From positions 7,214 to 71,213 of the forward strand of contig JAIVGO010000095.1 in the NCBI GenBank assembly GCA_020201525.1: a stretch of DNA of 64,000 bases, given 5' to 3'. The DNA comes from Actinomycetota bacterium (GTDB lineage Bacteria; Actinomycetota; AC-67). Made by a program: the position numbers and the translations under genes. Of this stretch, positions 38,055-47,185 are shown in pieces (within the stretch, counting starts at the first letter, position 1; every line of letters begins with the position of its first letter). The notes beneath the pieces were generated by a model that was given only the letters and a program-made list of their open reading frames with translations, did not search any database and had not been told where the DNA came from.

Positions 38055-38849
38055 ATGACGGCGTCGCAACCGACGACGACGGAGGGACGCGCTCGCTGGG
38101 TCACACTGGCGACGCTCGGCTTTTTGTTTTCCGCAAGCGGGCTACTCCTGATCCTGCTCGCCGGATTGGCATTCGGCAGCTTGTCCGACGACGGACCATT
38201 CTTCGGGGTGTATACCGCAGTCTTTCTCGTCGGAGCGCTCTTGGTCTGGCGATTCGGAACGTGGGCGAAAGTCGTCGGCGCCATTCTCGCCTTTCTCGCC
38301 GGCGGCTCGCTGTTCTGGATTTCCTTCGGGCTGTTTCGCGTTTCGAGCATCTTCGACTTTCTTCCCGGCGTACTGGTCCTTCCAGGAGCAATCCTGGCAC
38401 TCGTCTGCTGCATCGCCGCCGTCGTTGCAACGAGGCGAAATCATCTCGTCACGACGCCGGACGGTGGAGAGCGAAAAGGAATCCGCGTCGCATTCACCAT
38501 CCTCACCACTGCCGTATTGCTCTCGGGCATCCTTACCATTGCCGGCCGCTCATCCGTCGGGGATGCCTCGGACGCCGTCGCCACGGTCAAGATGAAAAGC
38601 TTCGAATTCGCGCCGACGACGTATTCCGTCTCCGGAGGCGCAAAGCTACTCGTTCAAAACAAGGACCCCTTCGCCCACACATTTACGGTCGACGCTCTTG
38701 GGATCGACGAAGACCTCTCGCTCGGCAGCGAGAAGCTCATCACGATTCCCGCCCGCCCGGGAACCTACATCCTGTATTGCACGTACCACACGAGCGACAA
38801 AGACAAGCCCGCGAAGGACGACATGGCGGCGACGCTTACGGTTACGTAA
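38055..38849 (+). CDS. Polytopic membrane protein with C-terminal cupredoxin-like domain
   Basis: Track ORF 37977..38849. Start at MTASQPTTT. Four TM helices, then SFEFAPTTYSV...DPFAHTFTVDALG...YILYCTYHTSDKDKPAKDDMAATLTV (candidate His/Cys/His/Met ligands). Confidence 0.55.
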   Translation: MTASQPTTTEGRARWVTLATLGFLFSASGLLLILLAGLAFGSLSDDGPFFGVYTAVFLVGALLVWRFGTWAKVVGAILAFLAGGSLFWISFGLFRVSSIFDFLPGVLVLPGAILALVCCIAAVVATRRNHLVTTPDGGERKGIRVAFTILTTAVLLSGILTIAGRSSVGDASDAVATVKMKSFEFAPTTYSVSGGAKLLVQNKDPFAHTFTVDALGIDEDLSLGSEKLITIPARPGTYILYCTYHTSDKDKPAKDDMAATLTVT

Positions 38850-39053
38850 GCGCGCGGACGTTTTGCGTCACGCCCACTGGACCGAGACGTAGCAGTTGAG
38901 CGCGTCCTCCCACCATGCGATTGCACCGGGCGCCGTATACGGGATCTCTTGCTCCTCGTAATCGCTCCGCGCCGCGCCGAGCACGGCTCGTGGTACATGT
39001 CGTTGATCGCCCCGATGTGAGCGAGATGCCACGAGAAGCTGTACGGCATTGCC

Positions 39054-39749
39054 TTACTCGCGCCAGGCTCGATTCCCGTAGCGATCGAGGTGCGTGACAT
39101 CGCGTACCGGTTTGCGCGTCGTCGATCCGTACCGGCCGCGCGGCCAGCCGAGCGGCACGATGCAACACGGATTGACCGAAAGCGGGAGGTGCAAGATCGA
39201 CCGCGCCGCCGTCGTGCTCCACAGCGGCAACGTGATGAGGCTCGCGCCGAGACCCATGCCGCGCGCAGCGAGCAACAAGTTCTGCACGCTCGGATAGATC
39301 GAGCCGTAGTAACTCGACTCTGCAATGGGCGGCAACGGCACGAGGGGAAGCTTGTTGCCGCGCAAGCAGCACACGACGAGCACCGGAATGTCGGCGAAGT
39401 TTTCGACTTGCCATTCGACCGCACGCAAGACTTTTTCCATCTCGGGGCGCTTTCGCGTGGCGTACGCCCTTCCGAGACCGCCGTACAGCTTCCACGCGCG
39501 CGCGTATTGCGAACCGAGCTTCTCCTTCACCGCCCGGTCCTTGACGACGACGAACTCCCAGTTCTGGCCGTTGGAACCCGTCGGCGCTTTGAGCGCAAGC
39601 TCGATGCAACGCAACACGATGTCGTCATCGACCGGGTCCGGCAGCACGCGGCGAACCGCGCGCTGCGTCAGCATCGCCTCTTGGAGCGGCATGTCCAAGC
39701 CGGCCGCCACGTCGGCAAACGTGCGATCCTTGTTTTCTCCGGGCGTCAT
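39054..39749 (-). CDS. Nitroreductase family protein
   Basis: Track ORF 39054..39941(-). Start at MTPGENK. LTQRAVRRVLPDPVDDDIVLRCIELALKAPTGSNGQNWEFVVV is the nitroreductase N-terminal signature. Confidence 0.65.
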   Translation of the reverse strand: MTPGENKDRTFADVAAGLDMPLQEAMLTQRAVRRVLPDPVDDDIVLRCIELALKAPTGSNGQNWEFVVVKDRAVKEKLGSQYARAWKLYGGLGRAYATRKRPEMEKVLRAVEWQVENFADIPVLVVCCLRGNKLPLVPLPPIAESSYYGSIYPSVQNLLLAARGMGLGASLITLPLWSTTAARSILHLPLSVNPCCIVPLGWPRGRYGSTTRKPVRDVTHLDRYGNRAWRE

Positions 39750-39851
39750 CCCGGCCGAGCGTACGCGCTCACTGCATGGCTGGCCAAAATTGCGGGGTGC
39801 AGCCGTCCCAGCCTCGGTAGGGTTCGGCCTACCGCCGACGAAGGAGGGTCC

Positions 39852-40373
39852 ATGCTGAGCCCCGACCCGGTAGCCGAGGGGATTGCGTATCGCGACGCAC
39901 TCCTTGCACTCCTCGGAAACGACGATCCCGTTGCCGTTCAATCGGAGACGCCCGAACGCTTGCGCACGATCGTCAAGGATGCCGGCGACGCCTTACGGGT
40001 GCGCCCCGAACCGAAGGAGTGGTCCGTCCTCGAGCTCATCGCGCACATCGCCGATGCCGAGCTCGTGTGTGCCGGGCGGTACCGGTGGACGATCGCCCAC
40101 GACGAGCCACAGCTACTCGGATACGACCAGGACCGCTGGGTGGACCGTCTCCAAGCGAACGACGCGAACCCGGATGAGATCCTCGCGCTGCTCGAGGCGT
40201 TGCGCCGCGCGAACATCGCACTGTGGCAGCGCACGCCGGATGAAGAAAAGCAGCGCGCCGGGCTCCATTCGGAGCGTGGGCCCGAAACGTACGAGCAGCT
40301 CTTCCTCATGATGGCCGGACACGACCGCTTCCACCTCAACCAAATAGACGAGACGCTCGCCGCGCTGCGCTAG
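39852..40373 (+). CDS. DinB/YfiT-like (DinB_2) four-helix-bundle protein
   Basis: Real gene is the C-terminal 173 codons of track ORF 39090..40373. AAGGAGGG RBS. WSVLELIAHIADAE...AGHDRFHLNQI motifs. Confidence 0.6.
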   Translation: MLSPDPVAEGIAYRDALLALLGNDDPVAVQSETPERLRTIVKDAGDALRVRPEPKEWSVLELIAHIADAELVCAGRYRWTIAHDEPQLLGYDQDRWVDRLQANDANPDEILALLEALRRANIALWQRTPDEEKQRAGLHSERGPETYEQLFLMMAGHDRFHLNQIDETLAALR

Positions 40374-40430
40374 ACACCGGCCGGTGAAACGTGTTTAGGT
40401 TGCAGGAGCCCGGCGACGGAGGAGGCGCTC

Positions 40431-40673
40431 ATGGATGACAACAAGATCATCGAGACGATCAACAACCTCGCCAACGAGGAGCACACTCTGTTCTCCAAGA
40501 AATCCCGCGGCGAGGCGAGCGACGAAGAAAACGACCGCATCAAAAAGATCGAGGTCACGCTCGACCAGTGCTGGGATCTGCTCCACCAGCGGCGCGCACG
40601 CCGCTCGGCCGGGCTCGACCCCGATGAAGCGAAAGTGCGCGACGCCGAAACCGTCGAAGGCTACGTCGGCTAA
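40431..40673 (+). CDS. DUF2630 family protein
   Basis: MDDNKIIETINNLANEEHTLF...LDQCWDLLHQRRARR matches DUF2630. Confidence 0.6.
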   Translation: MDDNKIIETINNLANEEHTLFSKKSRGEASDEENDRIKKIEVTLDQCWDLLHQRRARRSAGLDPDEAKVRDAETVEGYVG

Positions 40674-40676
40674 TTT

Positions 40677-42482
40677 TTACAGCGTCGTCATCACCAACGA
40701 CGACGGATGATCGGCGTCGTGATACAGCGTGATCGTGCCCCCGGCGAGGTTTTGCTCTTGCGGTAGCGGCGCCGTCAAGTGCGGCGCGTCGGCCGATTGA
40801 ATCGACAGTCGCATTGAATGGCCCGGCGCGAACATTGCCGCGCTCGGGAAGATCTCGATCCAGACGTCGTAAATCGTTCCTGGCGTCAGGGTCTCTTGTG
40901 ACGCAAGAGTGAACGGATGATACGGCTGCGTGTATAGGCCCCCGACCTTGACGCTTTTCGCATCGTCGATCGCGCGCAACGACAGAACGTTCCACCCCGC
41001 GCTGATCTGCGACGCACGGCCGTTCGCGTCGACATCCTCGACGCGTGCAGTCAGGAATGCGTCTTTCACCGTCGTCGAAACGTAAAGATGCGCGGCCATC
41101 GGACCGCCGACGCGAAAGGCGGGATTCGCGATCTGATAATTGAGCCCGGTCGCGTCGTTGAACTCATTGTCGGTTTCGCACGGCGAGTACTGTCCGCTGC
41201 CTGCCGTCCATTGCACGGTGGACCGCGTGCACGCGCCGGATGCCGGAGACCACATCAGCGTGTCTGGCTGCTCCACCGCCGGGGACGTGCCGCTCAATCC
41301 GCCGGGCAACGCGCTCGCGGGACCGTGCAAGAAGAGCTGCTCCACATTCGTGCCGATCGGCCACGACTGCGCGGTACCGTAACCATTCTCGCCGAGCGTC
41401 CAGTACGTCACCGGCTGAATGTCGGTGTCGAGATTCGGATCGGCGATTCCGCGAACGTAGCGGTCCATCCATCGCAACTCGAGCTGATCGAGCGTGTACG
41501 GCATCCCGGCCGTCGGCAATCCTGGATTGATCGACGGCGTCGTGTGATACCAGGGCCCCATGAGCAGCTTGACCGGTGCCCCGTTCGCTTGAAGGTTCTG
41601 GAATAGCAACGGCTCGCCGCGCTGGAAGAGGTCGAACCATCCTCCGATGATGAACGTCGGAACATTCACGAGACCGATCTTTTCGATCGGCGAGCGCGTG
41701 CGGTATTCCGGGCTGTCGAATGCCCAGTCGGGATCGCCGCTGGTCGCTTTCAGGACCGTGTTCGCTTGGAAATCCGTCGCGCCTTGCGCGTGGTCGGCGT
41801 ACATCTGCCCTTCGTTCGTCGGGTCGTCGTAGTAGGTCGGCGGCAACAGGCCGAGTCCCGTGACGAGACCGAGCCAAGACGGAATGAAGCTCGTATTCAC
41901 CTGTCCCCCGGAGCCGGTGATGTCGCGGTATGCGTCGGCCATCGGCACGATCGGGAACATCGCTTTCACGGGATTGCTGCCGCCGCGCTCGACCAGACGC
42001 TCCGCAGTCATGAACTGGTTGATCGCCCCGTAGGACGTGCCGTGCAAACCGATGCCCTTGGAGGCGTCGTACCAGGGCTGCGCTTCGATCCAGTCGAGGA
42101 TGTCCATCGCATCGAGCTGCTCCGCATCGTCGAACGACTTCCAGTGACCTTCCGAAGACCCCGTCCCGCGTACTTCGACGATGACTTGGATGTAGCTGCG
42201 CTGCACGAGGTAGTTGCTGGCGAAGCTCAAGCCGTTCTTGTTGTAGGGCGTTTGCGTCAGCAAAACGGGGAACCGGCCGGTCAGGGCGACACCATCGGCG
42301 CCGGCGGGGAACAAGACGTTGGCCGAAAGCCGGACGTCGTCGCGCATCTTGATGCGCACATCCCGCTGCGTGTAGACACCCGGCGCGTCGGCCGGTCGAG
42401 CAGCCCAGCCGGATGTTGCGTGTCCCGTACCCGGGAGCAGGAAAAGCAGCGGTAGCAGCGCGACAAGAGCCAAGCGACGCAT
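40677..42482 (-). CDS. CocE/NonD family hydrolase (S15 X-Pro dipeptidyl-peptidase-like), secreted
   Basis: Track ORF 40677..42572(-). Start at MRRLALVALLPLLFLLPGTGHA. GTSYGAINQF nucleophile elbow. Confidence 0.65.
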   Translation of the reverse strand: MRRLALVALLPLLFLLPGTGHATSGWAARPADAPGVYTQRDVRIKMRDDVRLSANVLFPAGADGVALTGRFPVLLTQTPYNKNGLSFASNYLVQRSYIQVIVEVRGTGSSEGHWKSFDDAEQLDAMDILDWIEAQPWYDASKGIGLHGTSYGAINQFMTAERLVERGGSNPVKAMFPIVPMADAYRDITGSGGQVNTSFIPSWLGLVTGLGLLPPTYYDDPTNEGQMYADHAQGATDFQANTVLKATSGDPDWAFDSPEYRTRSPIEKIGLVNVPTFIIGGWFDLFQRGEPLLFQNLQANGAPVKLLMGPWYHTTPSINPGLPTAGMPYTLDQLELRWMDRYVRGIADPNLDTDIQPVTYWTLGENGYGTAQSWPIGTNVEQLFLHGPASALPGGLSGTSPAVEQPDTLMWSPASGACTRSTVQWTAGSGQYSPCETDNEFNDATGLNYQIANPAFRVGGPMAAHLYVSTTVKDAFLTARVEDVDANGRASQISAGWNVLSLRAIDDAKSVKVGGLYTQPYHPFTLASQETLTPGTIYDVWIEIFPSAAMFAPGHSMRLSIQSADAPHLTAPLPQEQNLAGGTITLYHDADHPSSLVMTTL

Positions 42483-42671
42483 GTGACCTCCGTGGATCGC
42501 CGAGGCCGAGGAATTCGCCGCCGCCGCCGCGATTCCTCTTTGTCTTGGTTTGCCCCGGTGCGGGCCGGTCAAACATCGGGACTTCTCTCAGGAAACTCCA
42601 AGGATCGGCACAGGCTGCTATCAGCCCAAGGTGCTTTTCTTGGCGAGAACCATCCGCCACAGGAGGTCACC

Positions 42672-44450
42672 GTGTTCTCGTTCACGTACATGGCGAAGGA
42701 GCTTCGTCGCCGGCTCGGACGCACGATTCTTACGGCGCTGGGCCTTGCCGCCGGCGTCGGTCTCGTCATCGGGATCATCGGGGTTTCCGAGGGGCTCGAC
42801 GAAGCCCAGGCGCAAGTCCTCGCGCCGCTCGGCTCGGTCGGCACCGACATACTCGTGACACGCGTCGCGGGATCGACGACGGCGCCGACCGCGACACCGA
42901 CGCCGACCCCCGCCGCAGATCAGCCCCAGCAATCATTCGGCCCCGGCGGCGGTGGATTCTTCGCCGGCCCGCCGGGCGCCGGCCGCGCGAACGCCGCCAA
43001 TCAGGCGGACACTACGGCGCTGCTGAACGAGAACAATAACGTCGTCACCGATTTGTCGAAGCTCGGCAAGCCCGGGGCGAAATTCACGCACGACTTCTTT
43101 CTGTCGGCGACGTTGCTGAGCTTCCCGCAAGAGGCCGTCGACCAGATCGCAGACATTCCCGGCGTTACGAAAGTGACCGGCGGCCTGACGCAGCTTGCAC
43201 AGCATCAAACCGGGACCGTGCCGCAGATCGTCGCTGAGATCACCACCGGCGGAAAGACCGTCACACAGACCGTGCGGCCCGACCCGATGACGGCCGAAGA
43301 ACGCGCCGCATTCGCAGCATGCGCACAGAAGAGCGGCGGCACGACGCAGACCGAGCCGGCGCCGAGCCCAGGTGCGGAGCCCCGTCGTGGCGGCACCTTC
43401 TTTTTCGGTCCCGGCGCAGCGGAAAAGTGTCTGCCCAAGCGCTTCCAGGAGTTTCGCGCAAGCTTCATCACGCCGATGGAAACGATTCGCCAAGTCGTGA
43501 ACCCGCCGTCGACCGACATCACGAACAAGAGCTACACCGCGGCCGGCATCGACCCCGCGAGCCCGACCGTCGGTCTCGTCACGCAAACTCAGCTTACTTC
43601 GGGGCATTGGCTGCGCTCGACGAACCCAAACGAGGTTCTCGCCAACGTCGCGTATGCGAACAAGAACTCACTGAAAGTCGGGTCGACGGTAGCGATCAAC
43701 GGCACGACTTATACCGTCGCCGGCCTCGTCAATCCGACGCTCACCGGCAACACGGCGGACCTGTACTTCCCGCTGACGTCGCTGCAGAAGCTCGCCGGCA
43801 AGACCGGCCGCGTGACGCAGGTGCTCGTGAAGGCAAAGGACTCCGCGTCGGTGGACGCGGTCGCGAAAGAGATCAAGAAGCTGCTGCCCGGCGCCGAGGT
43901 CGTCACGACGAAGTCGCTCGCCGACCAAGTGACGGGATCCCTCGCAGACGCGAAGAAAGTCGCGAGCCGGCTCGGCGGCGCGCTCGGCGTCATCGTGCTG
44001 ATCGCCGCGTTTGCGATCGCGATGCTGCTGACGCTCAGCTCGGTCGCGAAGCGCGTCCGCGAGATCGGCACGCTCCGCGCCATCGGCTGGTCGAAGGGAC
44101 GCGTCGTGAAGCAGATCCTCACAGAGACGATCGGCATCGGGCTGCTCGGCGGCGCCGCCGGCATCGTTCTCGGCCTCGCCGCCGCGTTTGCCGTCGGTGC
44201 GTTCTCCCCGTCGCTATCGGCATCGTCGAACGGCGTGCCCGGCTTCGCCAGCTCCACGCTGTCCGGCCTATTCGGGCAAACGCAAGCCGCGGCGCACACG
44301 TCGACGATCGCGCTGAAGGCGCCGGTACACATGACGACGCTCGCGATCGGCGTTGCCTTCGCTGTCGTCGGCGGCTTGCTCGCCGGCACCGTCGGAGGCT
44401 GGCGCGCGGCACGGCTTTCGCCGGCCGAAGCACTACGTAACCTCGGATAA
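42672..44450 (+). CDS. ABC transporter permease, FtsX/MacB-like with large extracytoplasmic domain
   Basis: Track ORF 42483..44450. AGGAGG RBS before GTG at 42672. N-terminal TM (RTILTALGLAAGVGLVIGIIGV), approximately 380-aa periplasmic region, then three C-terminal TM helices. Confidence 0.65.
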   Translation: MFSFTYMAKELRRRLGRTILTALGLAAGVGLVIGIIGVSEGLDEAQAQVLAPLGSVGTDILVTRVAGSTTAPTATPTPTPAADQPQQSFGPGGGGFFAGPPGAGRANAANQADTTALLNENNNVVTDLSKLGKPGAKFTHDFFLSATLLSFPQEAVDQIADIPGVTKVTGGLTQLAQHQTGTVPQIVAEITTGGKTVTQTVRPDPMTAEERAAFAACAQKSGGTTQTEPAPSPGAEPRRGGTFFFGPGAAEKCLPKRFQEFRASFITPMETIRQVVNPPSTDITNKSYTAAGIDPASPTVGLVTQTQLTSGHWLRSTNPNEVLANVAYANKNSLKVGSTVAINGTTYTVAGLVNPTLTGNTADLYFPLTSLQKLAGKTGRVTQVLVKAKDSASVDAVAKEIKKLLPGAEVVTTKSLADQVTGSLADAKKVASRLGGALGVIVLIAAFAIAMLLTLSSVAKRVREIGTLRAIGWSKGRVVKQILTETIGIGLLGGAAGIVLGLAAAFAVGAFSPSLSASSNGVPGFASSTLSGLFGQTQAAAHTSTIALKAPVHMTTLAIGVAFAVVGGLLAGTVGGWRAARLSPAEALRNLG

Positions 44451-44459
44451 AGGAGAGCC

Positions 44460-45209
44460 GTGACGACACTGACGAACGAGGAGATACCGCCGATGGAAAA
44501 CCCGTCGATCCAGAAACTGTACGAGTTGCAAGACGTGACGCGCGTGTTTCGCACCGGCGGCGGCGAAGTGCGTGCGATTTCGGACGTGAATCTCGAGATC
44601 TATCCGGGAGAGCTCATCTCGATCGAAGGGCCAAGCGGATCCGGGAAAACGACGCTGCTGCAAGTGCTGGGCGCGCTCGACAAAGCGACGTCGGGCACGG
44701 TGCGATTCGGGGAGACCGAGCTAACGGAGATCGACGACAAAGAGCTCACCGAGCTGCGCGCGCGCGACCTCGGCTTCGTGTTCCAAAGCTTCAACTTGAT
44801 ACCGACCCTCACCGCCGCCGAAAACGTGGAAGCCGCACTGGTGACGGTGGCGCACAGCAAGAAGGAGCGCCGTGCACGCGTCGACGAGCTACTCGAAGTG
44901 GTCGGTCTCAGCGAACGGCGCGATCACTTGCCGACGCGATTGTCCGGCGGCGAGCAGCAGCGCGTGGCAATCGCGCGAGCGCTGGCGAACGGACCACGGG
45001 TGATCCTCGCAGACGAGCCGACCGGCAACCTCGACAGCGAAACAGCACGCGAGGTCGTGTCGGTGCTGCGAAAGCTGTCCACGGAACGGGGCGTGACGGT
45101 CATCATCGTGACGCACGCCGAAGAAGTGGCGCGCATGACGGAGCGCCGCATCAGGATGCTAGACGGCCGGATGCTGAACGGAAATGGAGACCCGACATGG
45201 AATCAATGA
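44460..45209 (+). CDS. ABC transporter ATP-binding protein (MacB/LolD-type)
   Basis: Walker A GPSGSGKTTLL, signature LSGGEQQRVAIARAL, Walker B VILADEPTGNLD. Confidence 0.8.
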   Translation: MTTLTNEEIPPMENPSIQKLYELQDVTRVFRTGGGEVRAISDVNLEIYPGELISIEGPSGSGKTTLLQVLGALDKATSGTVRFGETELTEIDDKELTELRARDLGFVFQSFNLIPTLTAAENVEAALVTVAHSKKERRARVDELLEVVGLSERRDHLPTRLSGGEQQRVAIARALANGPRVILADEPTGNLDSETAREVVSVLRKLSTERGVTVIIVTHAEEVARMTERRIRMLDGRMLNGNGDPTWNQ

Positions 45210-46330
45210 CGACCCACACGGAAGAGTTTCCGGCGCCGACCGAAATCGCGGTCGCCGAGCCGCCGCCGGCGCCGGCCGGCAAAGGCACAGGAAAGAAATT
45301 CGTTGCGATCGCGCTCACCTCGGCGCTGCTCGGCGCCGGCGCAGGCGCGTCGGCCGGCCTCGCCGTGTCGCGCAACCGCAGCAGCGGCCTCAGCGTCGAA
45401 CGCGTCGCCGCTGCGGCGCAAAACACCGGCGGCGCAACCGGTGTCGCCGCCGTCGCACAGAAAGTCATCCCGAGCATCGTCCGCATTGATGTCACGGGGC
45501 CGTCGTCACCGTTCGGCGCTGCCTCATCCGGCACGGGCTCCGGCGTGATCTTCACGAGCGATGGATACATCATGACGAACAACCACGTCGTCGACGGCGA
45601 GCAATCGATCTCGGTGACACTATCGACCGGCGAGAAGCTCGCGGCCAAGCTCGTCGGCACCGCGTCGCCTGCGGACGACATCGCCGTCGTCAAAGTCGAC
45701 AAGACCGGGCTGCCGGCGGCCACGCTCGGATCGACCGGCGATCTCAGCGTCGGCGACATGGCGGTCGCGATCGGCTCGCCGTTCGGTTTGCAAGGGACCG
45801 TGACGGCCGGGGTGATCAGCGCCTTGCATCGCAACATCGATCTCGGTCAAGGAGAACATCTCACCGACGCGATTCAAACGGACGCTCCGATCAACCCCGG
45901 CAATTCCGGCGGCGTGCTGGCCGATGCGCGCGGCGAGGTCGTCGGCATCAATACGGCGATCCTCGGCGGCGGAAACGGCAACGTCGGCGTCGGTTTTGCG
46001 ATTCCGATCGACATCGCGAGACGCGACGCCGAGCAAATCATCGCGACCGGCCACGCCGAGCGCCCGTTCCTCGGCATCTCGGGTGAAAACATCCCGAGCG
46101 GCGGCGGCGCGCTGATTCAGGAAGTCGTGGCCGGTGGGCCGGCAAGCAAAGCCGGCCTGCGCGCAGGAGACATCGTGACACGGATCAACAGCACGAAGAT
46201 CACCTCGATGGACGACCTCATCGCTGCGCTCAGCACGCACCGGCCGGGAGACGCCGTGCGCATCACGTACGCGCGGGGCGGGAGCTCGCACACGGCAACG
46301 GCGACGCTCAGCGCCCGCGCGACCGGGTGA
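45197..46330 (+). CDS. htrA: HtrA/DegP-family trypsin-like serine protease with C-terminal PDZ domain
   Basis: TM anchor. Catalytic triad context TNNHVV, D, GNSGG. C-terminal PDZ. Overlaps the ABC ATPase stop by 13 nt. Confidence 0.75.
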   Translation: MESMTTHTEEFPAPTEIAVAEPPPAPAGKGTGKKFVAIALTSALLGAGAGASAGLAVSRNRSSGLSVERVAAAAQNTGGATGVAAVAQKVIPSIVRIDVTGPSSPFGAASSGTGSGVIFTSDGYIMTNNHVVDGEQSISVTLSTGEKLAAKLVGTASPADDIAVVKVDKTGLPAATLGSTGDLSVGDMAVAIGSPFGLQGTVTAGVISALHRNIDLGQGEHLTDAIQTDAPINPGNSGGVLADARGEVVGINTAILGGGNGNVGVGFAIPIDIARRDAEQIIATGHAERPFLGISGENIPSGGGALIQEVVAGGPASKAGLRAGDIVTRINSTKITSMDDLIAALSTHRPGDAVRITYARGGSSHTATATLSARATG

Positions 46331-46339
46331 TGGAGGTAC

Positions 46340-46370
46340 GCGCCCACCGGTAGCCGCAGCCGGTGGGCGC
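46340..46370 (+). terminator. GC-rich hairpin (GCGCCCACCGG-N9-CCGGTGGGCGC) after the htrA-like gene
   Basis: Perfect 11-bp stem with a 9-nt loop, 10 nt after the stop codon. Confidence 0.35.
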
Positions 46371-46471
46371 GCCTGTGACCAGGCATTTCCCGGGAGACAC
46401 ACAGCGCCCGCTCAGACACCTCCCAGCCCTTTCACAGGATCCGGGCCGATAATTGGGGCGGGAGGTGGACG

Positions 46472-47185
46472 ATGGCGGCGCAGCCCGACATGACCGGCGG
46501 TGAGACGACGCGAGTGCTGGTCGTCGACGACGAGCCGAACATCACCGATCTCGTCGCGACTGTGCTCCGCTACGAAGGATTCAACGTCGAAACTGCGTCA
46601 AATGGGCGGCAGGCGCTGAAGCAAGCGAACGTGTTTCGCCCGCATCTCGTCGTTCTCGACATCATGCTCCCCGACCTCGATGGCTTCGAGGTGCAGAAGC
46701 GCCTCAGCACCGACAAGCACCGGACGCCTGTCGTCTTCCTCACGGCGAAAGACGCGACGGAAGACAAGGTGCGCGGGCTCACGATGGGTGCCGACGATTA
46801 CGTCACGAAACCGTTCAGCCTCGACGAGCTCGTCGCGCGCGTTCGCGCGGTGCTGCGGCGCGCGCGCACCGAGGACACGACAAGCACGCTCGAGTTCGAA
46901 GATGTGACGCTCGACGAGGAGACGCACGAGGTAATGCGCGCCGGCCAGTCGATCGAGCTCACTCCCACCGAGTTCACGTTGATGCGGTACTTGATCCTCA
47001 ACGCGCGCCGCGTGGTGTCGAAGGCGCAGATTCTCGACCATGTCTGGCACTACGACTTCGGCGGCGAGGCGAACGTCGTCGAAACGTACATCAGCTACCT
47101 GCGGAAGAAGATCGATCGCTTCGATCCCCCCCTCATTCAGACCGTCCGCGGCGTCGGCTATAGCTTGCGGCTTCCGAAATCATGA
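46472..47185 (+). CDS. OmpR-family response regulator
   Basis: Receiver VLVVDDEPNITD...DIMLPDLDG plus a winged-helix trans_reg_C C-terminus. Confidence 0.8.
   Translation: MAAQPDMTGGETTRVLVVDDEPNITDLVATVLRYEGFNVETASNGRQALKQANVFRPHLVVLDIMLPDLDGFEVQKRLSTDKHRTPVVFLTAKDATEDKVRGLTMGADDYVTKPFSLDELVARVRAVLRRARTEDTTSTLEFEDVTLDEETHEVMRAGQSIELTPTEFTLMRYLILNARRVVSKAQILDHVWHYDFGGEANVVETYISYLRKKIDRFDPPLIQTVRGVGYSLRLPKS

Noticed and set aside
39090-39851. N-terminal 254 codons of track ORF 39090..40373
   Set aside because: Antisense to the nitroreductase gene. The real gene starts at the ATG at 39852 behind an AAGGAGGG RBS (DinB_2 protein).
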